NCBI GenBank assembly: GCA_973895155.1
Contig: OZ316891.1
Location: forward strand, 19,245,048-19,309,047
Reading direction: 5' to 3'
DNA from: Marsupella aquatica
Lineage: Eukaryota; Plantae; Marchantiophyta
DNA length: 64,000 bases
Part shown: piece after piece, positions 26,783 to 39,873 of the stretch
Numbering within the stretch: position 1 is the first letter of the stretch
Layout of the letters: each line of letters starts with the position of its first letter
The notes under the pieces: generated by a model
The model's database searches: none
What the model was told of the DNA's origin: nothing
What the model saw: the letters and a program-made list of their open reading frames with translations, nothing else
Position numbers and translations under genes: made by a program

Positions 26783-29700
26783 CTACTTCAATGAGAGCTT
26801 GGACAGGGCTGCAGCAGGAATAGTGGAGAAGATCCAGTCCCAGAACTTCGACGTAATGCCGTATCCGTTACTGTGATCCTTGAAGTGATGGATCATGTGA
26901 TACCGCTGGCAAGAAAAAATAAATGGACTAATGTTAGCTTCACCCGTTGCCCATTGACCACGATCTGTGAAACTGACAAATTAACAGATGTACATTCTGC
27001 TCAGGAATTTATAGCCTGTACTAAGACAGTTATTTGATATTCTCTCGTCTGTTAACAGGACTCTCATAGTTAAGGCAAGGATCAGAGCCTTCATAAAAAA
27101 AGATGGGTAATCAGTACCTTGAGTTGGCGTAATTGCATATTGAAGGGAGTGCCGAAGTGCAGGAAGTAATGCGTTAAGTCGTAGCAGACGTACGACAAAA
27201 TCGTTCCCCCATACATCACCAACTTGTCCGGGTATGCAGCCACCCAATCGCCCATCAGCAACCATATCTGTTCGGTTCCGAGTGGGTTAGACAAGAATTT
27301 AAGCGGTTCAAGACTGGTAGTCTCTTCCTCATTCAGATATAGCTACATTCATAATCACAAACGAATTTAGGTTCGTTACCCTATTTAATCATTCAAAGTC
27401 CTAAAACAAAGCTCACGGCTGTAAAGTCTACGCATTTCCCAAACAAAAGCCCTTCTCCTTGCTGTACTTCAGGGTGCAGCTGGTCGAGGGGAGAGGAAAA
27501 ACTTACAGCGACAACAATTGGCGCAGCCATGGCTGGAGGCATCACCAACCGGGAGCCATCCATAGGATGTTTATGATGGAAGCCATGTAGAACGTAGTGG
27601 AAAGTGTTGCCCCTGCAAATCAGAAAGTTCTATTGGAATCACAAATCGAAACAAATGGACGGACCCAAACAAATGCAAATGGTAATGCGTCTTCTGTAAC
27701 TCCTATAGACGACAGAACGTACAACCCCATCTCCAACGTCGTAACACTCTCAATCAATCTTTTCCTACTCTTGAATTACGAAATGTGCAGAGTAGTAAGG
27801 AACTTACCAGAAGCTGGTGGTCTTCATATGAAACAGAAAGCGGTGCAGCACATACTCTAGAAACGTCCAAAATAGGAGTCCTACACACAGCATTGAGGGC
27901 AGCCTCTGGATTGTCATCCCGTTCTGCAGAGCCACGTGAAACATCCCGAACGAGACTGGGCACCAAACCATGGGAATGACCCACCATTTTGTCCGCGTGA
28001 AATACTGCACCCAAGGAGTAGAGAATAATTAGCAGTCAACGGGGACCGTATCAAGTATCAAGACAAACTTCATGGTCCACATTTCCAAGAACTTCAGTTA
28101 CGATGGCCTCTTTGACACGAAGATACAGGTCCCACCCGATATAACCGTGTTCGACACCACCAATTACAGTGCCCGGTTAAAAATTTCACCGTTCTCAACG
28201 GAATGGTATGACCTTTTCGTATGAAGATCTCCAATCATACCTTTGTTGATTGACTATTTTGTTACTGCCTTACTCATCGCGTGAATTGATTTGTTTGCAA
28301 ATAGTTCAACTGTCAATCCCTTCACAAGAACTAATTCCCTTTCGACTTCCCAAAAGATATTAGAAGAAGCACATTGAAGCTTCAACGCTGAAAAATCAGG
28401 TCCGTCGCACGATCGGCACTAGATTCCAGTCCGGCTGATCACGGGCAACAGATCTGGATATGGCAGAATCTGTCGTAGACAGAATGACGAGACTTGTGAA
28501 AACCGAGACGAGAGGTACAAGAGGTCCAGCTAGATGATAACGTGTAGTAGAGTGTACACGTCGGCAACAACCGCGTCTCAGAAATCCAAAATGCAGATCG
28601 GGCACAATATCTTCCTCAGACCAATTGAGTACAGAAGCGGTTACTCATGAAGATCTGAGAAGGTGTGTTCAGTATTACAGACGAATTTGTTTATTTATTG
28701 AAGCAACGACGACTTCAGAAGTTACTTCAGCTGATTATTTTCTACGACATTCCCCTGCTATTACATAAATCGCGAATATAATACTGAAGGCAACACAAAA
28801 TTCTCGCTCTATGTTTTTCCTCGAGCCCGAAGCAGATGCACATTTGAAGCACGTCCTCTCTTTTTTCTTCTTCAAAACTTGATCTATCTGATTTTTTTCC
28901 TTAAAAGCTGCTGATGGTAGATGACCTCCACGTGCAGAAATGGCACGCAGACAGGCAGGATTCCGCTGCCGTCCGTCTTTCTGGAGTATTACTCACTGTT
29001 AATTAAGGTAACTGCAAGCGGGGCTAGTTGCCATGGCAGCATATCGTGGGTTGGACTCAAATGGAGCCTCAGGCCCAATCGTGTAACGGTGAAGCATTCA
29101 ATGCGCTGACTCACGAACAATCACACTCCAGCTGGGAGTGATTGGAAGAGTCTAATCACCGACAAAGTCGACGATGGGTACGACAGTAGAGCTCGCTTTC
29201 TATGTGAGGGGGAGATATGGAATGAGGAAACCATAGCCGCCGCCCTCTACAGCTATGATGGGGGGCCAGCTGCTGCTCACAGGCATGGCTCGCCTCGAGG
29301 CTTAGCTTGGGATGCCTCAAAAAGTTTTCCCAATCCCGATTCTGGATAGAGTTTCAGAGGGGAATCTGGCAGTTAGGTCCCCGGGACAGCAGCAAGCATG
29401 GGGGACCCGGTACTCGCAAAGTTTCACAGACCGGCCGTTCGCAGGACTTTCTCGAACGACTGCACCACTTTCGCCGGTCGCTCTTTCCGTCCGTCGTATT
29501 TCCAGGCTCAACACGCGGGCAGACTTGTGGCCAGTCTGAGGCCGCAGTAGCTACAGTAGCAAGTGTCACGAGTCGCGACCATGCAATGGCCCACGACGAT
29601 AATGCCAGCCGTTGTATCATGCACTGCCCTAAGCTAAGCTTGTCGCCTTCTCAACGACTGAAAGCTGGTTTTCACAATGCCGATCTTTCGTTTCATGCCC

Positions 29701-32700
29701 GTGGACCTCCTGGTGGTCAGGGTCATTTTTCTTGTTTCATATATAATTTCTTGACCGTTAGATCTCCATGGCTAGCACAAAATATTAATTCTGTGCTATT
29801 GGGTCCGTGGCTAGGCAAGGAACTGGAGCTAATGGAGGACAGGACCAGGGCTAACTTTATGCATGCCCTTTGAGTGAGGTGGGTGCCTCCGGGAGGCCTG
29901 GAGAGAGCGGAAATATGCTGAGACCCTGGCTTGGAATGAGTGACTTGGCATGAAAGGAAATACGAAGCCATGAAATCGTGGAATAGATGTGTCACACGAG
30001 TAAAACATCCGACTGGACCCGATGTACTGACCATAATTGGAATCAGCCACCGTACTCCTTCACCCACTCACTCCAGAACCAATCAAAAATTGCCCATAGG
30101 CAAACCCATGCCAAAGGCCTAGAAAGGTAGGAGACCCAAGCCTCATAGGAAGAATAACTAGGGTTAGATATCCAGCAGGTGGACCAGATGAGTCTCTAAG
30201 CTATAAAAAGAGTATATGCAGAGGCTAGGGTCAAATGAGTCTCTTTAAGTTATAAAAAAAGTATGCAAAGGTTTATTTTGAAGGGATGGCTTCCTCCTAG
30301 TGGCCCCTATCCCTAAACAAATGGCAACCAGCTTCCATTTTCACAACCCATATCTCTATCTTCGGTAGCAATGGTAGCCACGAGAGACATTTGTTCCCAA
30401 CTATGTCAAAGATGCGACCATCTATCACAAGATCCTACTTAAGCTTGCCATCTTGAACCAAGGTAAGATAACACATCAACGTGGAGAACAGAGGTCGAAG
30501 ACGGGAACAAACCACTGGTGGTCAATTGGAAATTCCCTGATTTCTAGGCCCTCCAAATCAAAATAAGGGGTACTTTTTGTGTTTAGAGGTCATTTGACCC
30601 CTATATCTCTAAACATCTATTAGAACCCCACCCAATCACACAAAGGGGCAAAGGCTACGGGCGTCCTCTCCGCGCCCTTGGTGGCCGAAAGCAAAACTCG
30701 AAAGCAAAGGGAACTAGGCGCGAGACCCACTCCTTTTCCTTTTCGCTCGACCCGCGGGCAGGAGCCGCGTGTCCAAGCAGCCAACAGCTCCGGGAAAAAA
30801 TCAGCGCAATGAGCTCCGAAAGGGAAAAACAAATCTGTAAAAGGAAGTTTTGACGCATTATTACCCGCCCCGCATAGGGAAAAAGATGGCGCGCCCTCAC
30901 TTTCAGGAGATACGCGAAACGTCACATCAAAAACTCAGAATCCAACTGTCCACACTGTACAGTACTCTGGTACGACAGTCCGTGGTAATGTCCGGTACGA
31001 CAGCGACAGCCGGCCAACCACACCCAGCGCTGAAGGACTGTTGACCGTAGTTGGCCAGACCACCCGGTATGGCGACTAATGTCCCTATTCTACACAAATA
31101 CACAGTATGGCAGATCAGTGTCCATACTCTGCTCAGTAGGGTAGTAAAGGCATGCCCATCCTTGCATGTCATCGTACAGAGTGGGTTGGCCAGGATGGAT
31201 GGGCACAGCTGACACGAGTAAAGGCGCCAGGTGGCGAAGGGGCTAGGGATGGATGGACGCCAAATAATAATGGATCCAAAATGATGTTCCCGCCCGCCCT
31301 AGCTCGCAAAGAGCGAGAAAGTTACGAAAGAGGAGGAGACGGAGCCCACTGCATTATTCAGGGCGGGAATATGGAGGGCCCACGGCCCTGAGAGAAAAGC
31401 CATTTGACACTGAGATATTTTAGTATGCTATATACTTACAGTACTAGGTGAGTCTTTAGATTCAGATCACACGTTCCCCACGACGGCGGAGATGAATGGA
31501 TGCCAGGCGAGGAAACGCTGGCACAAGTCTTGGCGCAAACACCGACTATTCGGCGTTGACGCCACGCAAGGCACCAATATGAAGGGTCAAGGCTCAAAAC
31601 TAAAGGCTCCAGGTGTGGATGTGTTCGGTACAACCTTGGGCGTCATGAACTGATGACAGCACCAACGCTTGCCGCATGGACCAGATGCTACTTTTAAAGA
31701 TACGGCACCCAGATGTTTGCTTCCACAATTATGTAGTCTAAATGACGTAAAGATGATTATGCGGTAGTCCTCATTGCACCGAGAGTGACGCACGGATTAT
31801 GTAATATGACATACTTGACTTGATAGAGTATCAGCTCTCACTGTGTTTGCTCTAGACATCGAGTACCTCAATTAATTGATCCTAAGTCACATGTTTATTT
31901 CTGTTTGCGGGCTTCATGACATGAGAATCCTGCAGGCCTTTCCCAGGTCCAGAACAGCGACCTCACCGATTTTTCTATCGGAAATACGTGACTTTCAAGA
32001 TTTTCAGCTCTTGGAAGTTAATGAAACCTGCCCTCCCCTTTACTTTCTGTAAAATCTCAATTCCAAAACGGAACCCTACCCCCCAAAGCTTGTCCGTGTG
32101 ACAGACCCGGTTTCCACTTGAATCCCCCAATTCCCAACCAAATGACTCTGGCTTTAGCACTCAAATGCAAATGTCAAATGCCAGACCCGAACGCTTTCAC
32201 GTGCGCAACTACTGCAGAATCAACTCAAGACCAGACCCCACATCTGTTCCGCATTTGTGACACATACGTGACAAAGGAGAAAAGCCGTCCAACTTTAATT
32301 CTAGAGAGAGTCGGATGCCCAAAGTCTATGCTTAGACGGTCAGAATAGCGTTACTACGTGCCGGACAGGGTGCCATCTGTAGCGAACAGTTCAGCTTCTA
32401 TCAGCCCTGAATCAGCGAAAGTTCAGGCCCGACCCGAGAACACTACTGTAGGTTCTGTCCTGTGATCCGGGTCTGATGATATACCTTCTCACCCACTTCG
32501 TGAGAGAGGATCAAAGTATGAGCTAACCTCCGGGAATAATCCACCTAAAATGGCTGGCTCTATTCGAGAAGGCCAACTTCCGAGTACGCAGCTAAGTATC
32601 GGATTAACGATGGGAAGGCTATTTGCCTGAGAATCTAAATGCTACACCGGGGACAATAATGAGACATGTAAAGTCAGAGGCATACCTCTGTAATATCGTT

Positions 32701-35640
32701 CTCGAAGAAGCGAGGAGTCTCCTTGCACACGATGGGATCATGAACCCATTCATCGTAATCTGCTCCAAGGTAACCAATCTGTCCATGGAAACCCCCGCAA
32801 AACTCAGATTGCCAGCTCGTTTCCAATTATTCAAGCAAATGCACAGCAGCATTACTACCACACCACCAACATTTGAGAGGCAACGATGATGGGACTTGTA
32901 TCACTCCAACGGCACAAAAGCGTCTACGGGACAAACAAAGCACTATGATTGAACCCAAGTCCTATTTGGGAGATTCAACTCATACTATTCCAAATTGTAA
33001 ACTCACCAACACCAACCAGCCACACGGGAGCCCTGGATATAAATAACCGATGAGCTTTGAAGACCAACTAAGTGCCCTATTTGTACTTCCTTCCCTCGCC
33101 ATCAGTCCCAGAAAAGTTTCTTAACGGACTCGACCAAAAGAAACTGCCCAACTGGCATCTACATATGCTACTTCACTGAATGGAATTCTTTAAAATCTTT
33201 GAGGCAAGACGAACTGGTATCTAAGACTACTGACGACAATGTAAACGACCACTTCGTCACCAACTCAAATATCAAAACCCTACAGAAAGGTTCCAAACAC
33301 AAGGTGTTCGCAACAGTCCGGGAGCTGTAAAGATGGTAATCCAGTCAAGGATCCAAACGTTCCGAGACGTTGAATGTTGAAGCAACTAAAAGTGACAAAG
33401 TGGGAAAATGCAACCGCAACCGACAGCCCCTACCGAGGAAATTACAATTGCTAGATCTAAGACCGACAAACCCGAGTACAGGTCTTAAGCATCTAAGTCT
33501 ATTAAAAACACATCATTCAGGAAGTTAAGAGTGAAGGAAGAACCAGGGTAAAGACTCAGAATACAATGAAGACCAACCTGGGCAACGATGGGCTTCGTCA
33601 AATCCACAGTGAATTTCTTCGGCTTCTTCCCGTCCTCAGAGTCATCCATAGCGGGATGACTAGAATCTACGGCACTGCACAGGAAAATTTTCGCGGCAAA
33701 AACCTGTCAATCAATCATGCCTAGTCGAGTCCAGACGCAAAGGCTATAACCCTACGCCTTCAGCCAAAGGTTGTCAGTAATACTTTAGATCATCTACTAC
33801 ACCTCTATGGTGGTCTGACAATCCTATCCAGGAAAAGGAAGAGAAGTAGTGCTCTGACAATTCTGTCCAATGAAAAGGAGGCGCTTTTGACAGTGATATA
33901 TAGCTCCATAATTTAGGAGTACAATTTAGTGCGAGAAGTTGTTAAAAACGCGATAAAGACTGATTTAATTGCACAAGTAAGCAGCACGCTCACTGGTGAC
34001 TGAGGCTTAACGAAATGCCATGATGAAGTTATGAACTGAAAATCATTAATTGTTGTCGCGAAATGGCCCTAGGACGAAAAGCGACAAGACATGGTTCGCA
34101 CTCCTTCGTACGCACTGGCAGGGACTCGTACGAAATTTGCAGATAGCTACGACATCTGCTACCCAAATGAAATCACCACATTCCTGAAACAAACCGGACA
34201 GGAAGGACAGGAATTTGTCGCCGATATCCCCTACAAAAAATAGAGGAAGCAGTCGTTGCAAAATTCGAAGGGAGCCGCACAGCTACAGGTAACGTGAAGA
34301 ACACACCTTAATAAGGGGCCGACAAAATACTGATTCAGCATACGGAAGGCAGCTTTGCTATGTAAATGGTGTTCGTCTTCCTCCCCCGTCTCTCCCCTCA
34401 TCAAATCACCAATATCCTTCTCGTGTATGTGTTCAAAAATTATCTGCAAAGACAACACGGCCGGCATGTAATCACGTCAGGATTTCCATTCAGCTGATCG
34501 AGCAAACAATGACTTCTCAAACTTAACATCGTTACCCCAAACCGAGCTTCTGTTCCCAAGCAGAGCACTTTCGGGACCATTATGTCTAAGATCTCATGAC
34601 CACCACTGATTACCCTGGGTTGAACATCTAACTTCGGTCGTTAAGTTACGGTGGTTTCAACACGATCATTCCAATTCCGATGTACTCGGCCTCTGTAAAA
34701 TCAGGATTTCGATCCGAGGTCTTGCGTTCCAGGAATGTCATACTAGACAGCTACCTAATCCCGGGTACCTAGTACGCCTAGACAAAAATTTCGTCACTAC
34801 ACCGAACCAAGTCCAGAAGCATGATCTGGCAGATGGAACCAATGTTGCCACGGACGGAGGCGATGATCACCGTTTTCACCGCAACTGGCAAGGCTCCGGG
34901 CAAACTCAACTACTCTACTTCCAGGCCCTGATAGACACATGTCTTTGTCATGGAACTCCTGTTCAATCGGCAGATGGACGATCGAGGTTCTCAAGTCTGA
35001 TTACGGCTCAGTTCTCGGAACGGGCAGTTCCAGCACCACGGGTAGCCAGAACTCAACTTCTGGCCATGAACTTTGGCAAACCGATTATGAAAGTATACTG
35101 AGCGACGACCGAAACAACGCGCCCCTCGCTTGCATTTTAGACTCACCGAAGAGAGTTGTGGATATGCAATGCCCTCTACACGCAGATAAGTGATAATGTC
35201 CATAATCAGCCATCCCGCAATCTACTCGCACAATCTGACGAGGTATGCCTGAATTACCTTCATGAGATCTACTCAGGGAGTTGTATACCATCGCAACCGA
35301 AAAGTGTATGGACAGTCCTAGAAACAAGAGGACTGAAATCGCATATGAAATCGACAGGGCCGCAAGTATCACTCAAAATTGGAAAGTTGCAGCGAAAAGC
35401 TAGAGGGAAACACACTCGTGCTCTTTCCAATGTGGCATATTGATTTCATACCTCTTCACCCCCAGGATGACTTTCCAGAAATTGTGCAACATTGTACACG
35501 TTCCCGTCCACAGTAACCCACGCATCCCCCTGGCTTTTGTGCCGCGCTAGTTCTTCCTCAGTGACAATTCTCGGCACAGTGCTCGGAATGTCGTCGCTCA
35601 CAGCTGCCGCAGTCGTTTGCTGCCCGCCTTGAACCACCAT
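26783..35640 (-). CDS. FAH: Sphingolipid fatty-acid 2-hydroxylase with N-terminal cytochrome b5 domain (SCS7/FA2H architecture), 8 exons, 363 aa
   Basis: Exons 35640-35452, 34443-34307, 33674-33578, 32778-32686, 28004-27808, 27612-27507, 27267-27118, 26905-26783, all GT-AG and in phase. Cytochrome b5 HPGG...HS; FTVDLTKPIVAQ; His boxes HRFLFH, HGFHHKHPMD, HYFLH, HMIHHF. Confidence 0.9.
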
Positions 35641-38600
35641 ACTGTGTGTACTCCAGGCAGATGGCCGCAGACGAGTGCAGCACGCAACGTTGGTTCCAAA
35701 AGTATTAAATCGATCAAACCCGGCTACGATAATACTCCGACCACTTGTATCCACCAGAACTCAACTTCGAGTGCAACTTAGAAACAATCCAATGTGCATT
35801 CACTCGCACCCACGCTGACTTCTTCAATATCGATATCCGCACCCTAACTTCTTCAATATCGATATCCGCAATATCTCTGTCCGTCGTCTAACACCTCGAT
35901 CAATCGCTGCCTTCCAAACCAACGCTTCGCTGCAAAGACCGAAGTCTCTTCACTGCCCCGCATCAACAATCTACATTAGACATGGCAACTCTCCTTCAGT
36001 TCAGCACCCTGTGTCGACAGGCTCGACAAGAGTCGAGCGTACAACTCATCGGAAAGTGTGACGGTCAAGATATGCACGCATGATCACCCAGGAGCTCCGG
36101 CGTCCAGATCTCTCCGCACCCCAAGCTTCGAATCATGCACACTGCGCCACCCTCGGTATCTAAACCTCCCCTCAAATCGGCGAGCGAGACTCGACGACCT
36201 CTTCTCCTGCTCCGATCGGTCACAGCCTGACAGCCCGACCTTCCCTCGCATGAACATAAAAGCCTGGTCCCTGCGACTGCCTGCCTATCTATCAATAACT
36301 TCCTGTAACTCGCCCAATCTCCCTCCCTAGCGCAATCAATCAAGTACTTCTTCCGTCGACTCGTCACTCGTCCTTCTTCATTCAGCCAGCTCGATCCATA
36401 ATAATGACGTACCGTCCTACGCGATCCTTCCACCCAACAAACGACCTCTCCAGAAACGCAGAATAGTGCAGGACTGCAGCGAGACACGATACACCCGCGG
36501 GGCCAACAAGCCACGAAATTAGCACGACAACAGTGGCAATGAAAGCCGACTGCACCATTATATACTCTGGTACGGTTTGGCGTTTGTACCCTAACTCGGC
36601 CCCAGGGACTCCGCGTACTCTACCCCGGTACCCCGCGTCCACGACTCCGTATCTCTCCACGAATCATCTCACGGTAAGACCCGTGAACCCGGAACCCGGA
36701 ACCCGCCACCAACCAACTGCGTCGAGGAAAAACATCAACTGCGACAACTTCTACTCTATTGTCCCTTGCCCTGTTTGCTTCTGTATCATGGGCGTTGGCG
36801 AGTTGAGAAGCCTCCGCCTACAGTACCTTCGTCTATTTGTATTTCCAACGCCTTCATGGAATGGAGATGCAGGCACGGCGGATTTGGGGAGTTATTTGTT
36901 TGATAGACTCAAAACTGAAAAGTGTTATTTGATAAAAACCCCTTAGTGATGCAGATACAGTAGTTGATCTTGACTAGCCTGTGTTCTATGCATGTAAATA
37001 GAGATAAGACAAAAAAAAAAACCTTGCAAACAAAGATAAGGTTATACGTGTTTGCCTCTATCTCTTCTTTTTTCCACCCTCATTACTATTTTGTCTTTAT
37101 TTGAGAGTCACTATTAGTTTTGTGCATATTTAGAGTCAATGCCAGTTCTATTCATCTTTGGTCCCAACCCTTTCTTTTGGTCCACCCTCACTTTTCAATT
37201 TTGTCCTATTGAGAGTTATGGTCTAGAGTCTTCACTCTAGATACTAATCCTTGAAAATAGTTTTACATTGCACTTTATTAGTACGAGAGACCTTCAATGA
37301 ATATACCCATAACCTCAAGTATACTATCAAGTAACACTTTTTGGTTTGGGCTCCCATCAAGTAAATACCTCCAGATTAGGGATGTGCATTCATGTAATGG
37401 AGAACAATGCACCATCGTCATTTGGATAAAGATAATACTAAACTTCGGCCTAATCTTGGACCATATAATAATGAGTGTATCGGAAATTGCAGCTTTAGTT
37501 GGCATTACAGAATGGGGGCTTTTCAGGTATGGAGTCGACAATACTACATGGCAAAAGCACAGGATCCGAGGAAATGCTCATGTGTAGTGCTTATTTTGTC
37601 TAGAAATTAAGACTACCAGGAGATTCATTTCCAACTTTTGGCTCATTCCTTCAAGGGGTCTTGGTCTATTCTTAAAGCAGGATGGCCTCCAGTTTGCTTT
37701 GGTGGAAAGAAAGGGACAAGTGCTCCATTTCTTGTAAAGCCACTCCCACTTCTTGTCAAGCCACTCTGAGTCCTTGCAAGCTGCCTAGGATGTTTAATTG
37801 CCTCCACGGCTAGTGGACCAGGTCACCCAGCTCCCAGTCGTTTGATATGCGCAAGAGGTAACTATGATAACCACAATAGGTCCATGGTCAACCTTTGCCA
37901 TCACTGACGGACTGAATTGTACATAAGTGTGTATACTGCAGTGCTTCATGACGCTGCCCAAGACTTTTCTTCTTAGTTTACTGCGAAAGGCTCTTGCGTT
38001 GTTGAAATTTATAAGTGCTGGCAGATTCTGCACATTAATCAAATGTGTTTTCCCACAAAATCCAGGTCAATCTCATTGTGCTAGCTAGCCTTGGACAAAA
38101 TGGTAATAACACAATAATATCCATGAAAAAATATTTAATTAGAAAAGACTTATCCTCTCGGCATATGTGCTAGTCTACTCGTATCCACGCAAAGATTAAA
38201 AAAGCATTAGCAAAATGCTGCGCCAGAAGGACGTGATTTGCGTTGTTGTTATTATAATTATTATATTCTTAATATACTTCCCTCGATATACCAAGCCTCA
38301 CTACCCTCCTTGACGATAGTTTTTGTCAGCACTTTCCTGCAAGAAAAGGGACCACCATATCTTTCATTCCGGAGACCGTCTCAGTTTAATTTCTTTTCTT
38401 GCTAGAGCATGTGGTGGAACTTCCTTTCTGCATCAATGGAGACTTCTGCCTGTGCATTTTACTTGCTGATGAGGAGCTCAAGATTTGGAAAAGAATATTT
38501 ATCTGATGGTATTGCAGAACATTAAATATTTCAAGATTTATAAATGAAGAAAAAGTAAATCTAAATGGGTGTGACCAGTGAACATAAAAATAAGTAAAAA

Positions 38601-38999
38601 GACAGGGCCTGTAAGGTACTGATGGGCAGGGATCCTATTATAAGTAAAGGTATTGCGTTTGAAACCTGATGAGGTACGGCACATACTACGATAAGTGTTA
38701 TGGTTGTTTTGAGTTGAGCTGAGGAAACAGGGCTAAGCTAAGCTAAATATTCTTGGAATCTGAGATGTCTCCAATGGTGCTTCGCACACTGGTTTAGGGT
38801 TTGACCCAAGTGGAAAGGTAGACTGAGGGTTCTAAGCTATTCTCCAGTATTTTACACAGAGTAAATGCCAAGCCCTTGATTGTAAAGGTACTCTTGCAAC
38901 CTGGAAGAGAAAACAAATGGAACCAGTTCTCTGATTGAAACTTGTTGCTTCCAAGTAAGCCATGTTACTATGGCTCATCTGCAAGTTGAACCTGTGTCC

Positions 39000-39170
39000 T
39001 AGCTCATAAGCTAGCCTGAACGGCACAGAAAAGAGTGGATAGCTCCTCCTGTCGTAAGATGTAAACTTCGGGTGCACCATGGTATATAAGATCATTCCCA
39101 AGCCTAAACAAATAAGTGTTCTGCCTCCCGTGAAAGAGTGCATGTACATAACACCACCAATAGTGCTTGC
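39000..39170 (-). pseudogene. cox3: NUMT: mitochondrial cox3 exon-1 fragment plus start of a group II intron
   Basis: 39170-39078 translates [31 protein letters not shown] (plant COX3 codons ~27-57). It is directly followed by GTGCACCCG, resembling the group II 5' consensus GUGYG, at nucleotide 171. Confidence 0.85.
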
Positions 39171-39873
39171 ACAAAAAAATTAAGAAACAGCTTAAAGGAT
39201 TCTGTTTATATTTAAGACGCTGTAAATAATCAAAGAATAGACTCTTCTAAAGTGCATTTAATAGTTAAATAACAATCTCTGAAAATTAGTACTCTTGCAC
39301 TAAACTAAAGCCCGGATGAACCTCCACTTTGTCTATGAAGCCCACGTGGACTGACAAAGCTTGGATGGACTAAGTCTTGCTCAGAACATTTAAACTGACT
39401 CAAATAACACTGTTTATAATTTATTGAAATGGAACCTGTAGACAATCTCCTCACCATATGCAGCCAATTTCAACTACATTATCGAACCTATTTACTTGCT
39501 AACTTGACTACTTGATGACCTTAAACCTGAAAGACATAATCCAATTACTCAATATCACCATCAGGGTCATTGTAACATCAAAAAAATTCTCGCACAAGCA
39601 AAAACTTTCCTCACATGACCCCTAATTCTCTATATTTAATTGCCTCACTAACAACAACCTGGTTGATAACAAACATTTTGGGGACTCCTCTTTTTGCTAG
39701 CCAACTTGCTAGCCATTTGGAGTCATACAAAAACCCAAAACACATAAACGGCAGCAAAAAGCAACAAAAAAATTTAAATCACTAGTGTTTAGCTAACAAC
39801 ACTCTCTTTGTTAACAAAATTCTTGTTTGCTTGCATTATACAACACTTCTTGATTACTTACTCCCCAAAGAGG

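Noticed and set aside
29307-29873. 188-aa ORF inside the large FAH intron
   Set aside because: Non-ATG start, no recognisable motif, antisense within an intron.
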